A stretch of DNA of 64,000 bases from a candidate division Zixibacteria bacterium SM23_73_2 (GCA_001304315.1 LJUW01000006.1:2135-66134); one strand, 5' to 3'. Positions 29,155 to 39,239 are shown, counted from the stretch's first letter. A program made the numbers and translations. The notes: generated from the sequence alone by a model not told the origin.

Positions 29155-31804
29155 ATGGAGATGATTATAAGATTTAAACATGTTTTTGTTTTACTCCTAC
29201 TAACTCAATTCTGTCGCGATCAGTAAACCTCTATTCAATACAAGAATGGACATATGGGTAGGAGATAGTGCCTGGTCTGTGATCTGTGCAGACCTTGATG
29301 CAGATGGAGATTCAGATTTAATTATAGCCAACCGAGGAAGTATTGATGTCTCAATATTAACTAATAGGGGAGATGGTTCTTTTAATGATTTAGTCAATTA
29401 CGAGGTTGGTAATGGTCCGATTTCTGTTTTTTGTGCGGATTTAGATAGTGATTTTGACATGGATTTAGCTGTTGCTAATTATTATAGCAATAATCTATCT
29501 ATATTAAAAAATAATGGTGATGGAACTTTCCAAAAAGCTGTTAACTATATTACAGGACAAAGCCCCCGTTCAATTTTTTGTGGAGATGTGGATGGCGATG
29601 ATTATTTGGACTTAGTTGTAGCAAATGCTGGTGATAATAACCTATCTTTATTAATAAATAATGGAGATGGAACATTTAAAAATCCTATTAACTTTGTAGT
29701 TGGTTTCACTCCCAATTCTTTATTCTGTGTCGACTTAGATGGAGATATGGATTTAGACATAGCTGTCACAAATCTTGGAAGTAATAATATCTCTATCTTG
29801 AAGAATAATGGCTATGGATCATTTTATCATACAGAAAACTACGAAGCAGGGCATTTCCCAAATTCAATCTATTGTTCAGATTTGGATAGAGATAGGGATA
29901 AAGATTTGGTTGTTGGTCATTTGTATAGCGATAGTATTTCTATCTTTAAAAACAACGGTGATGGAACTTTTCAAAACAGAGTAGATTATGGATCAGGGGA
30001 TAATTCCTGTTTTGTTTTTTGTGCAGATTTGGATGCAGATTTAGATTTCGACATAATAGTTGCAAATGGACACAATTCGTGTGTTTCGATTCTGAAAAAC
30101 AGAGGGGATGGGATTTTCAAAAATGCCTCTAATTATCGTGTTGGTTTAGGTCCTCGATCGATCTGCTGTGCAGATATTGATGGTGATATTGATTTAGATT
30201 TAATAGTGGCTAATTGTATAAGTAATGATGTGTCAATTTTAACTAATCAGGGGGATGGGGTATTTTTGACTCCAGTTCAATATGAGTGTGGAATTTCTCC
30301 CCGATCACTATTTTGTAAAGATCTGGATAAAGATGTTGATTTAGATTTAGTGGTAGCCAATTGGAGGAGTAGCGATATATCTATACTAAAAAACAATGGT
30401 GATGGAACTTTCACATCCGCGGCAAATCATCAGATAAGTGAAGGTGATGATCTTAATTCGGTTTTTTGTGCAGATCTGGATGGCGATTCAGATAATGATA
30501 TAGTCTTAGTTACTAATGAGGTCTGCATCCTATTCAACAAAGGTGATGGTTCATTCCAAGATACGTTTGTTTATCAGGTTGGTTCAGCGCCATCGTCCGT
30601 CTTTTGTTCGGATTTCGATGGAGATGACAATTTAGATTTAGCAGTGGCAAATGAACGGAGTAATGACGTTTCCATCTTAAGGAATGATGGATATGGTGTT
30701 TTTGAAGGTGCGGTTAACTACGAGACAGGAGATAATCCTCATTCTATATTTTGTGCGGATCTTGATAAAGATAATGATATAGACCTGGTAACCACATCAT
30801 TTTATAACGATAGCATCTCTATCTTAAAGAACAATGGAGATGGGACTTTTGAAATTCCGATTAAGTACGGGATTGAATCTGGATATTTTTCTGTCTTCTG
30901 TGCGGATCTGAATGGAGATGATAATCTGGATATTGTAGCGACTAATTATGAAAACAATTCTGTCTCTGTGCTAAAGAATAACGGTGATGGGACATTCAAT
31001 AGTACCATGTTCTATAAGGTTGGTTTTTTCCCGACTGCTGTATTTTGTTCTGATTTGGATGGAGACGGAGATCAAGACTTGACAGTTACGAATCTAGAAA
31101 ATTATAATATTTCTATTTTAGAAAATGAGGGAGATGGTACTTTTTATGGTGCTGTTAATTACGGGATTGGGAATATGCCTTGGTCTATTTTTTGTGCTGA
31201 TTTTGATGGCGATTTCGATTTAGCAACAGTAGATTTTGATCACACTGTTTCTATTTTGACAAATCTTTCCGAAACTCCTGCTAATCAACCCCCGTATTCT
31301 TTCTCATTACTTTCGCCTCCTAATACAGATTCTGTCTTTACTCCAGTTACTTTGGATTGGCAGACTCCTTATGACCCTAACTTCGGAGATCAAATTATTT
31401 ATGACCTTTGGTTGAGCAAAGGATTGTCTTTTCATCCTGATTCTATTATTATTTTTGATAGTCTGTATAAGAGCAGATTTACAGGCAATCTTGATATTGG
31501 TATTTACTATTGGAAAGTAAGAGCATACGACAGTTATGGAGAAGAGAAATGGTCTGATCAGATTCGAAGTTTCCAGGTAGCATTTTTATGTGGAGATGTT
31601 AATGATGATATGCTTATTGATTTATCCGATGTGATATATTTAGCAAATTATTATCTTCAGGGCGGAGAATGCCCTTCAGATCCTGTTTGTCGAGCTAATA
31701 CCAACGGGGATGATAAAATTGATCTTGCAGATGTAATATTTTTAGCCAAATATTATTTGAAGGGTGGTCCTGCGCCCCAGGGCTGCGAAAACTATCGACC
31801 ATAG
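29155..31804 (+). CDS. FG-GAP/VCBS repeat protein with FN3-like domain and C-terminal dockerin; signal peptide separated by an apparent +1 frameshift near 29202
   Basis: About 12 repeats of SVFCADLDGDxDLDLxVAN...SILKNNGDGTF; dockerin CGDVNDDMLIDLSD / NTNGDDKIDLAD. Long ORF 29246-31804 lacks a signal peptide, which is encoded in the adjacent frame from 29155/29161. Confidence 0.8.
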
Positions 31805-32073
31805 AGGAGAGGCTGGTATCGCAACACAAACGGTCTGTGCTTGTGTTGTAACAAGTTGGGGAAACTAATGATAAATTTTTCCATCCTGGATCAGATTAAA
31901 TATCTGTTCCTACGTATCTTTTCATATCATCCGAGTTTGTCCCTTATTTATCCCTTTTCAGATTTAGTTTGACAAATAATTTTTGCCTTGGTATTTTCTC
32001 TTTTGCAAACCTGATTGCTCAGCCCTGCGTTTTCTTTGGAGATAGAGCTTTGATCTTACATTAGGATTATTAA

Positions 32074-33885
32074 ATGGATATAAAGACTAAATTGGAATCG
32101 CTGCCCAAAAAGCCCGGGGTCTATTTGATGAAAGACACCAAGGGAAAGGTCATCTACGTGGGTAAAGCTAAATCCTTGAGAAGCAGGGTCAGATCCTACT
32201 TTTTGAATGGAACTTATGTTGATCCCAAAGCTATGGCTTTGATTAAAAAGATAAGGGATTTCGACGTTCTGGTAACCGATTCGGAGATGGAAGCTTTGAT
32301 TTTAGAGTCGAATCTGGTAAAAGAGTACAATCCTAGATACAACGTTAATTTAAAAGACGATAAAAGATACCCCTATCTTAAAGTTACCGTGGACGAAAAA
32401 TTCCCCAGGATATTAGTTGTAAGAAGAGTTCAGAAGGATAAAGCCAAGTACTTCGGCCCTTATACTAACGTGAAGGGGATGAGACAGACCCTGAGGCTTT
32501 TGAGGAAGATTTTCCCGGTCAGGTCCTGCAATGTCGCTCTTCCATCAAACAGGAGACTGAAGCTCTGCCTTGATTTTTACATAAAAAGGTGCCAGGGTCC
32601 CTGCGTTGGTCTGGTCTCCCGGAGAGATTATTCTGGGATGATAATGGATGTACTTTTGTTTTTGTCTGGAAAAAACAGCTTATTGCTGGGTGAGCTGAAG
32701 AAAAAGATGAATGAGCTTGCCCAAAAGGAGAAATTCGAGGAGGCTGCCCGGGTAAGGGATCAGGTTAAAGCCCTGGAGAGTGTGATGCAGAGGCAGAAGG
32801 TGGTGGAGACCAAGGAGACCAACCGGGATATAATCGGTTTTGCCAGGGATAAAAAGGACATATCCTGCGTTACTCTGCAGGTGAGGGAGGGTGTTTTAAT
32901 CGGAAGACAGCAGTTTTATCTCACAGCCACAAAGGACAGCACCAATGAGGAGATTCTTTCGAACTTTTTAAGACGCTACTATATGCATTCCCCGCTTGTT
33001 CCCCAGGAGGTGATCATTCCTTTTGAGCCAGGCGATAAAGATATTCTGCAGAAGTGGCTTTCCAAAAAAAGTGAACGTAAGGTAAGTCTTTTTGTCCCGC
33101 AAAAAGGTAAGAAATCGGAGCTTCAAAAGATGGCTGAGAAAAATGCAGAGCTTCTGTTGGAGGAGCTTTTGTTGCAAAAAGAACAAAGAAAGAAAAAGGT
33201 CCCTGAGATGGTGACGAGCTTGAAAAAGGATTTGTATCTGGATACTTTTCCCAGAAGCATCTGTGCCTTCGATATCTCGAATTTAGGCACCTCCGATGCG
33301 GTAGGAAGCCTGGTCTTTTTCTCGGATGGAAGACCCAAAAAATCGGAGTACAAAAGGTTCAAGATAAAGACGGTTGAGGGGCAGAACGATTTTGCTATGA
33401 TGAGTGAGGTTGTAAAAAGATATTTCAAGCGATTGATCGAGGAGAAAAAGGAGTTTCCTGATCTGGTTCTGGTGGATGGAGGCAAAGGTCAGCTCTCCTC
33501 TGCTTTATCTTCACTTTTAGCCCTGGGTATCGAAGATCAGGAAATAGTGGGATTAGCAAAAAGGTTAGATGAGGTTTTTTTACCGGGTAATAAAGATTCC
33601 TTGATGATAAAAAAAGGCTCACCATCTTTAAGGCTTTTACAGAGGATAAGGGATGAGGCTCACCGTTTCGCCGTGTCCTATCACCGGGTTGTGAGAAGGA
33701 AAAGGACTTTAAAATCGGAGCTGGATTCTGTAAAAGGAATTGGCGAGAAAAGGAAAAAGGCTTTGCTTTCCCATTTTGGCTCGGTGAAGAATATCAAAGA
33801 GGCATCGCTGGATGATCTTATGAATGTTGAAGGTTTAAATAAAAATGTAGCGGAAACCATCCACAATTATTTTCATCAAAAATAA
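32074..33885 (+). CDS. uvrC: Excinuclease ABC subunit C
   Basis: GIY-YIG PGVYLMK..IYVGKAKSLRSRVRSYF, FDISN, DGGKGQL, RIRDEAHRFA and C-terminal HhH motifs. Confidence 0.97.
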   Translation: MDIKTKLESLPKKPGVYLMKDTKGKVIYVGKAKSLRSRVRSYFLNGTYVDPKAMALIKKIRDFDVLVTDSEMEALILESNLVKEYNPRYNVNLKDDKRYPYLKVTVDEKFPRILVVRRVQKDKAKYFGPYTNVKGMRQTLRLLRKIFPVRSCNVALPSNRRLKLCLDFYIKRCQGPCVGLVSRRDYSGMIMDVLLFLSGKNSLLLGELKKKMNELAQKEKFEEAARVRDQVKALESVMQRQKVVETKETNRDIIGFARDKKDISCVTLQVREGVLIGRQQFYLTATKDSTNEEILSNFLRRYYMHSPLVPQEVIIPFEPGDKDILQKWLSKKSERKVSLFVPQKGKKSELQKMAEKNAELLLEELLLQKEQRKKKVPEMVTSLKKDLYLDTFPRSICAFDISNLGTSDAVGSLVFFSDGRPKKSEYKRFKIKTVEGQNDFAMMSEVVKRYFKRLIEEKKEFPDLVLVDGGKGQLSSALSSLLALGIEDQEIVGLAKRLDEVFLPGNKDSLMIKKGSPSLRLLQRIRDEAHRFAVSYHRVVRRKRTLKSELDSVKGIGEKRKKALLSHFGSVKNIKEASLDDLMNVEGLNKNVAETIHNYFHQK

Positions 33886-33900
33886 TAGAAAGGAAACTCG

Positions 33901-34398
33901 ATGGTCTTTTATCACACGATAATAAACTCCCCGGTTGGCAAACTCTATGCTCTAAAAACTAACAGCGGTCTGAGGCTTTTAACATTTTCAAAAAAAGAAT
34001 TTGATAGCCAACTGAAAAAATTAGAAATTAAAAATGAAAAATTCAAAAAGGATAAAAAGCATTTTTCCAAACTCAAAAAAGAGCTCAAGACTTATTTCTC
34101 TGGTAAAGAAGTTAAATTCTCCGAAAGGCTTGATTTAAGTTATGGCACAGAGTTTCAGAAAAAAGTCTGGAAGCAAATGAAAAAAATTCCTTATGGACAA
34201 AAGAGGACTTACAGATGGCTGGCACAAAGGCTTGGTGATTCCAAAGGGGCAAGGGCAGTGGGGAATGCCTGCGGAGCAAATCCTTTTTCTATTATTATTC
34301 CATGTCACAGAGTAATAAGAGAGGATGGGAATTTGGGAGGTTATGCAGGAGGTGTGTGGATTAAAAAGAAATTGTTAAAATTGGAAGCACAGGTTTAA
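33901..34398 (+). CDS. ogt: Methylated-DNA--protein-cysteine methyltransferase
   Basis: GTEFQKKVW, ARAVGNA, NP..IIIPCHRVI and GGYAGG motifs. Confidence 0.93.
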   Translation: MVFYHTIINSPVGKLYALKTNSGLRLLTFSKKEFDSQLKKLEIKNEKFKKDKKHFSKLKKELKTYFSGKEVKFSERLDLSYGTEFQKKVWKQMKKIPYGQKRTYRWLAQRLGDSKGARAVGNACGANPFSIIIPCHRVIREDGNLGGYAGGVWIKKKLLKLEAQV

Positions 34399-34413
34399 AT
34401 TTTAATAAATATG

Positions 34414-34490
34414 GCAGAGCCGAAAAGGCTCCCTGGCCAGGCAGGCTGCTACGCGCATGATGATACTGTAGCTCAAACCTTCAGGTTTGA
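34414..34490. repeat. Divergent pair of GTAG-tagged hairpins
   Basis: gcagagcc...ggct...gctgctac (34414-34452) and gtagc-tcaaacct-tc-aggtttga (34468-34490). Confidence 0.55.
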
Positions 34491-34491
34491 T

Positions 34492-35484
34492 ATGCAAAAA
34501 GAGTGCCTTTATTACCAGAAAAGGGAAGATGGGAAGATGAAGTGTAATCTTTGTCCGGTGGGCTGTGTTATCGCTGAGGGTAAAATCGGGGTATGTATGG
34601 GAAGACAGAATCGGGGTGGGATTTTATATGCAATAAATTACGGAGAGGTCGTTTCCGTTGCCATAGATCCTATTGAGAAAAAGCCCTTGTACCATTTCTA
34701 TCCCGGAACCCAGATCCTGTCAACTGGACCTAATGGATGCAACTTAAAATGCAATTGCTGCCAGAACTGGTCTATCTCCCAAGAGAAATCTTATACTGAG
34801 TTTGTATCTCCGGAGAGATTGGTTGACCTTGCCCAAAAATATAACTCCGTGGGAATAGCCTACACCTATACTGAGCCTTTGATCTGGTATGAATACATAA
34901 TGGACACTGCGAAGATCGCACAAGAAAAAAATCTGAAAAATGTCCTTGTAACCAATGGGTATGTTAATGAAAAGCCTCTTTTTGAGCTTTTACCCCTTAT
35001 TGATGCTATGAACGTGGACGTTAAATCGATGGAGGATGATTTCTATCAGAAAATATGCAAAGGAAAGGTCGAGCCGGTTTTGAAAACTGTAGAGCTTTCG
35101 GTTAAGAATGATATCTGGGTAGAGATTACCAACTTAGTAATGCCTGGTTTAAATGATTCGGATGAGAAGATAAAAAAATTGGTTGACTGGGTGGCGAGCT
35201 TAAGCGACGCTATTCCTGTTCATTTCTCCCGCTATTTCCCCCAATACAAAAGCACCCTCCCCCCAACCCCGATTTCCACTTTAAAGAGAGCTTTCGATAT
35301 AGCAAAGGAGAAATTGAAATACGTCTATGTTGGAAACGCATATATCGAAGGGACCTCGGATACCATTTGCCCAAAATGCTCTAATTTGCTAGTCGAAAGA
35401 AGCGGGTATTTCACTAGGGTTTCCGGGATAAAAGAAGGGAAATGCTCCTCCTGTGAAAGGAAAGTGGATCTGGTTACAGATTAG
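34492..35484 (+). CDS. amrS: AmmeMemoRadiSam system radical SAM enzyme
   Basis: CNLCPVGC, DPIEKKPLYHFYPG, CNLKCNCCQNW (CxxxCxxC) and C-terminal CPKC...CSSC motifs; ATG 34492 matches the family N-terminus. Confidence 0.88.
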   Translation: MQKECLYYQKREDGKMKCNLCPVGCVIAEGKIGVCMGRQNRGGILYAINYGEVVSVAIDPIEKKPLYHFYPGTQILSTGPNGCNLKCNCCQNWSISQEKSYTEFVSPERLVDLAQKYNSVGIAYTYTEPLIWYEYIMDTAKIAQEKNLKNVLVTNGYVNEKPLFELLPLIDAMNVDVKSMEDDFYQKICKGKVEPVLKTVELSVKNDIWVEITNLVMPGLNDSDEKIKKLVDWVASLSDAIPVHFSRYFPQYKSTLPPTPISTLKRAFDIAKEKLKYVYVGNAYIEGTSDTICPKCSNLLVERSGYFTRVSGIKEGKCSSCERKVDLVTD

Positions 35485-35515
35485 TTATTGTGTTGTCAAT
35501 CCCCAAGTTAGAAAA

Positions 35516-35538
35516 CGCAGGCTGAAGCCTGCGCCTAC
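35516..35538 (-). repeat. GTAG-tagged REP-like hairpin (second copy of cgcaggctgaagcctgcg)
   Basis: Identical core to 12587-12604. Confidence 0.75.
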
Positions 35539-35633
35539 CAACACCCACAAAATTGTCCTACAATAACAAAAAAATAAATATTTTTCTTGACATTTATTGT
35601 GCGGTGCACGATTTTAGTTAATGGAGGAGATTT

Positions 35634-36218
35634 ATGGTTGATGATAATAAAACAAGAATAATCAAAAGATACAAAAACAGAAGATTGTATGATACCAAAG
35701 AAAAGAAGACCATCAAGATCGAGGATGTGGTCAAGTTAGTCAAAGATGATATTGATTTTAATGTTATCGACAATCAATCCCAAAAAGATATTACCATAAA
35801 AATATTATCCCAGGCTTTTTCAGACGAGCTGAAAAAATCCAAAAGATTGAAACAGACAGGAAAGATTTTACGTCAACTAATTTTAAGAGGAGGTGAGTCC
35901 ACTGTGGATTTCTTTGAAAAAACACTTTTGGCAGGTTTAGGCCTTTTTGACCTTACCAGGGAGAAGGCGGAGAAGATCGTGGATGATCTTATAAAAAGGG
36001 GAGAGGTCTCCAAGTCGGATAAGGCTAAGGCGGTAAAAGAGATCATAAAAGGGCACGAGGAGAGGATGAAAAAGCTCAAGGATAAAATCGACGAGAGGGT
36101 GGAGAAGATATCCACCAAGATCAGGATGGCTAAAAAAGATGATCTGGATGAGCTGGGTAAAAAGGTCGACCAGTTAGCCAAGGTGGTTGAGAGGTTGGAG
36201 AAAAAGCTGGGGAAGTGA
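35634..36218 (+). CDS. Fusion of a PhaR-type (PHB/PHA accumulation regulator) DNA-binding domain and a phasin-like coiled-coil domain
   Basis: N-terminal IIKRYKNRRLYDT...DITIKILSQ; C-terminal FEKTLLAGLGLFDLTREKAEKIVDDLIKRGE...KKDDLDELGKKVDQL. Confidence 0.8.
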   Translation: MVDDNKTRIIKRYKNRRLYDTKEKKTIKIEDVVKLVKDDIDFNVIDNQSQKDITIKILSQAFSDELKKSKRLKQTGKILRQLILRGGESTVDFFEKTLLAGLGLFDLTREKAEKIVDDLIKRGEVSKSDKAKAVKEIIKGHEERMKKLKDKIDERVEKISTKIRMAKKDDLDELGKKVDQLAKVVERLEKKLGK

Positions 36219-36258
36219 AGCTATTACATCTTTCTAATCTTTCGATTTTCTGAATCTG

Positions 36259-36288
36259 AAAGGCAATCCTTTTAGGATTGCCTTTTTT
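36259..36288 (+). terminator. Intrinsic terminator
   Basis: aaaggcaatcct-ttt-aggattgccttt followed by a T run. Confidence 0.85.
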
Positions 36289-36328
36289 GTCGATTCAACG
36301 GAGAGATAAACACTGTGCACTCTTGTTG

Positions 36329-36654
36329 AAAACCCACCTTGACCTCAAGGTGGGTTTTGCTTTCGCCCAGGTTGAGGGCAACCTGGGCTACTCATGAAAT
36401 ATTGCTGGGATGTTATGGCGGGATACCCATACCCCGCCAGCATCTCGGTCAAGGGTGGGGGCACCCTTGACCAACTTTCAGGGTGGACTCCCGAAGGACA
36501 GGAGGGGACCTTGTTTTTACCCCATAGAGATTGCTTCTCCCGCCAAAGGCGGGATCACAATGACATTCTGGGTTCTGTCTTTGCGAGGAATGAAGTGACG
36601 AAGCAATCTCGTTACTTGCCATATGAAGATTGCTTTGCTTCGCTCGCAACGACA
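36329..36654. repeat. Composite palindromic repeat, copy 1
   Basis: 36394-36653 aligns with 56095-56341; the flank carries cccaccttg/caaggtggg and a GTAG hairpin at 36365-36391. Confidence 0.8.
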
Positions 36655-36788
36655 TCTGATTGGACCTCCATTTTTTGGAAGGCTTTTGCCTTCCACTACA
36701 TTTTTAAGTTGCATTGACACGCTATATTTTTTTATTGACTCAAATCCAATTATTTGATAAGTTTAGCTGACCTTTAAAAAGATCTACT

Positions 36789-38471
36789 ATGAGACTTTCG
36801 CGAATAGACAGAAGATACAGGCATCTTAAAAGATACCGGGGAATTGCAAGGGTTCTGATAAAATATGGTTTCGGGCATATCCTTTCCAGAATGAGGGTTT
36901 TTGCAATCCTGAGGATGGGGAGAAAGATTGTCTACAGAGAAAGACCCAAGCTTGAGGAATTAAACTATGCCCAGAGGATAAGATTTGCATTGGAGGAGCT
37001 GGGTCCGACATTTGTGAAGTTGGGTCAGGTCCTTTCAACCCGCCCGTTTTTGATACCTCTGGAATTGGTTATCGAATTAACCAAGCTTCAGGATGAGGTC
37101 GCTCCCTTCCCTTTTGAAAAGGTAAAATATATAGTTGAACATGAGCTCAAAGCTTCGCTGGACAGGCTTTTCTACGAATTCGGCGAAAACCCCATAGCCT
37201 CAGCATCTTTATCACAAGTGCATAAGGCAAAAACCATAAAGGGGGATGAGGTGGTGGTTAAGATTCAACGTCCGGGAATCAAAAGGATCATCGATACGGA
37301 TATGGAGATTTTAAAAGATTTGGTTAACCTTCTGCTAAGATACATTCCGGAGAGCAGACAGTATGATCCTAAAGGAATGGTGGAGGAATTAGCCAAGACC
37401 TTCAGAAGGGAGATCGATTTTAAAAACGAGGGGAGAAACATCGAGATCTTTGCCTCCAATTTCAGGGATGACCAAACTGTTTTTGTTCCCAGGGTTTTCT
37501 GGGATCTGACCACCTCCAAAGTTCTCACCATGGAGTATATTCATGGGATTAAGGTCTCGAATATAGCTGAGATCGAAAGAAGAGGTCTTGACAGAAAGAT
37601 AATCGCCAAAAATGCTGGCAGGGCGGTTTTCAAGCAGATATTCATAGACGGTTTTTTCCACGCTGATCCCCATCCGGGTAATTTATTCATTATGGAAAAT
37701 AACGTGGTCGCTCCTCTGGATTTCGGGATGATGGGAAGATTGTCCGAGAGTTTAATGGATGAGCTTTCCGAGCTTATGATAAACGTGGTTACCTGGAATC
37801 CCAGGGGTATCATTAAAGTCTATCAGAAAGCAGGAGTGGTAACTGAAAAGACCAATTTAAAAGCATTGGAATCGGATCTCACCGAGTTCTTGTATCGCTA
37901 TCACAAGATACCCTTAGCCAGGATCGATATGAAATCGATCATAGACGATGCTTTTGAGCTGATCCATAAACATGATATTCAGGTTCAGTCCGAGCTTATG
38001 CTTTTCGGGAAGGCTATCGTTACCTATGAGGAGGTGGGGAAGATCCTGGATCCGGATTATGATCTGGTAACCGAGCTAATTCCTTTTGTGAAAAAGCTTT
38101 CAGGGCGAAAATACCAGCCAAAGATCATTTTGAGGGATATAGTCACCGTACTTCAGGATTTCAGAGACTTTTTGGTTCCTCTTCCATTTGACCTCCAGAG
38201 GATAATCCAGAAACTAACCCGGGGGGAGTTTAAGTTTTCCTTAGAACATATGAGGCTGGAGGAGTTCATGCTTCAGATGGAGCGTTCCTCCAACCGAATA
38301 TCTTTTTCCTTAATCATCGCAGCACTTATTGTGGGCTCATCCCTTATCATGAGGCTTGAGATAGGACCTTTTATTTTAGGTTACCCATTTTTGGGAATTA
38401 TGGGATACCTTTTTGCGGGGATTTTAGGGGTGTGGCTGGTTATCGCCATTTTGAAGTCAGGAAGAATTTAA
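36789..38471 (+). CDS. AarF/ABC1/UbiB family atypical kinase
   Basis: LGPTFVKLGQ (KxGQ), ASASLSQVH, VKIQRPG, FFHADPHPGN and LDFGMMG motifs; two C-terminal TM helices. Confidence 0.93.
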   Translation: MRLSRIDRRYRHLKRYRGIARVLIKYGFGHILSRMRVFAILRMGRKIVYRERPKLEELNYAQRIRFALEELGPTFVKLGQVLSTRPFLIPLELVIELTKLQDEVAPFPFEKVKYIVEHELKASLDRLFYEFGENPIASASLSQVHKAKTIKGDEVVVKIQRPGIKRIIDTDMEILKDLVNLLLRYIPESRQYDPKGMVEELAKTFRREIDFKNEGRNIEIFASNFRDDQTVFVPRVFWDLTTSKVLTMEYIHGIKVSNIAEIERRGLDRKIIAKNAGRAVFKQIFIDGFFHADPHPGNLFIMENNVVAPLDFGMMGRLSESLMDELSELMINVVTWNPRGIIKVYQKAGVVTEKTNLKALESDLTEFLYRYHKIPLARIDMKSIIDDAFELIHKHDIQVQSELMLFGKAIVTYEEVGKILDPDYDLVTELIPFVKKLSGRKYQPKIILRDIVTVLQDFRDFLVPLPFDLQRIIQKLTRGEFKFSLEHMRLEEFMLQMERSSNRISFSLIIAALIVGSSLIMRLEIGPFILGYPFLGIMGYLFAGILGVWLVIAILKSGRI

Positions 38472-38511
38472 AACAAAATTAAAATTAAAAAAGAAAAATG
38501 AAAAATTAGAA

Positions 38512-39237
38512 ATGAATAAAGCTGAGGTAGAAAAAAGATTGAAAGATTTTGTTAAGATAATGAGAAGAAATTATGGTCCCAATCTCACCTTTATTATTCA
38601 TCACGGGAGCTGGGCAACTGGTGAGGCAAAGCCTGATTCTGATTTAGATATTTTATCTGGATTGAAAAAGGTTGGAAATACGGAACTTTTGAAATTGAAA
38701 AAGATCTTGAGGGAAAAGGAGTTTTTAAATTTTAACGTTTTGCTATTCTCAAAAATTGATATGGAAAACTATATTCCCTATGGTTGGCATCAATTTTATT
38801 ACGGGGCAAAGCTTCTATATGGAAAAAGACCTTTGCCCAAGCCAACTAAAAAGCAGGAGCTTTTGGAAATCCAAAAGCATGCTGACGAGATAGGATTCTG
38901 GGGAAGGTATCTTTTCACTCACAGGCACCCCCGCAAAAGGGTGGTTAGAAGCATCTACTGGAGATTGAAAGAGGTTATAATATGTTTGAAAGTATGGGTG
39001 AATTTGAAAGAGAATAAATATCCACTCACAAAAAAGGAGCTTAAAAAATACCTGAGCCCAAAAGACAAAAAGCTGGTGGAGATATCAGAGAACTGGGGAG
39101 TTCACAAGCCAAAGTTTTTAAAAAATCCAGATCCTGTTCTTCTGGAGCTGGCTTTGTTTTCGCAGAGAATCTTAAGAAGAGTCAAGATGCAGGACGCAAG
39201 AGTCAAGAATAAAATAAAAATATTTAAGAAGAGGTAG
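38512..39237 (+). CDS. Nucleotidyltransferase (Pol-beta superfamily) with C-terminal helical domain
   Basis: HGSWATGEAKPDSDLDIL (GS...DxD) motif. Confidence 0.75.
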   Translation: MNKAEVEKRLKDFVKIMRRNYGPNLTFIIHHGSWATGEAKPDSDLDILSGLKKVGNTELLKLKKILREKEFLNFNVLLFSKIDMENYIPYGWHQFYYGAKLLYGKRPLPKPTKKQELLEIQKHADEIGFWGRYLFTHRHPRKRVVRSIYWRLKEVIICLKVWVNLKENKYPLTKKELKKYLSPKDKKLVEISENWGVHKPKFLKNPDPVLLELALFSQRILRRVKMQDARVKNKIKIFKKR

Positions 39238-39239
39238 TT

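Noticed and set aside
29246-31260. Regularly spaced DNA repeats that could suggest a CRISPR array
   Set aside because: They are degenerate coding repeats (FG-GAP units) in one open frame. No constant repeat with unique spacers and no cas genes were seen.
36394-36720. Several short ORFs (107, 62, 68 and 67 aa) between the phasin fusion and the kinase
   Set aside because: They lie within the palindromic repeat, overlap in all frames and lack RBS or protein-like composition.
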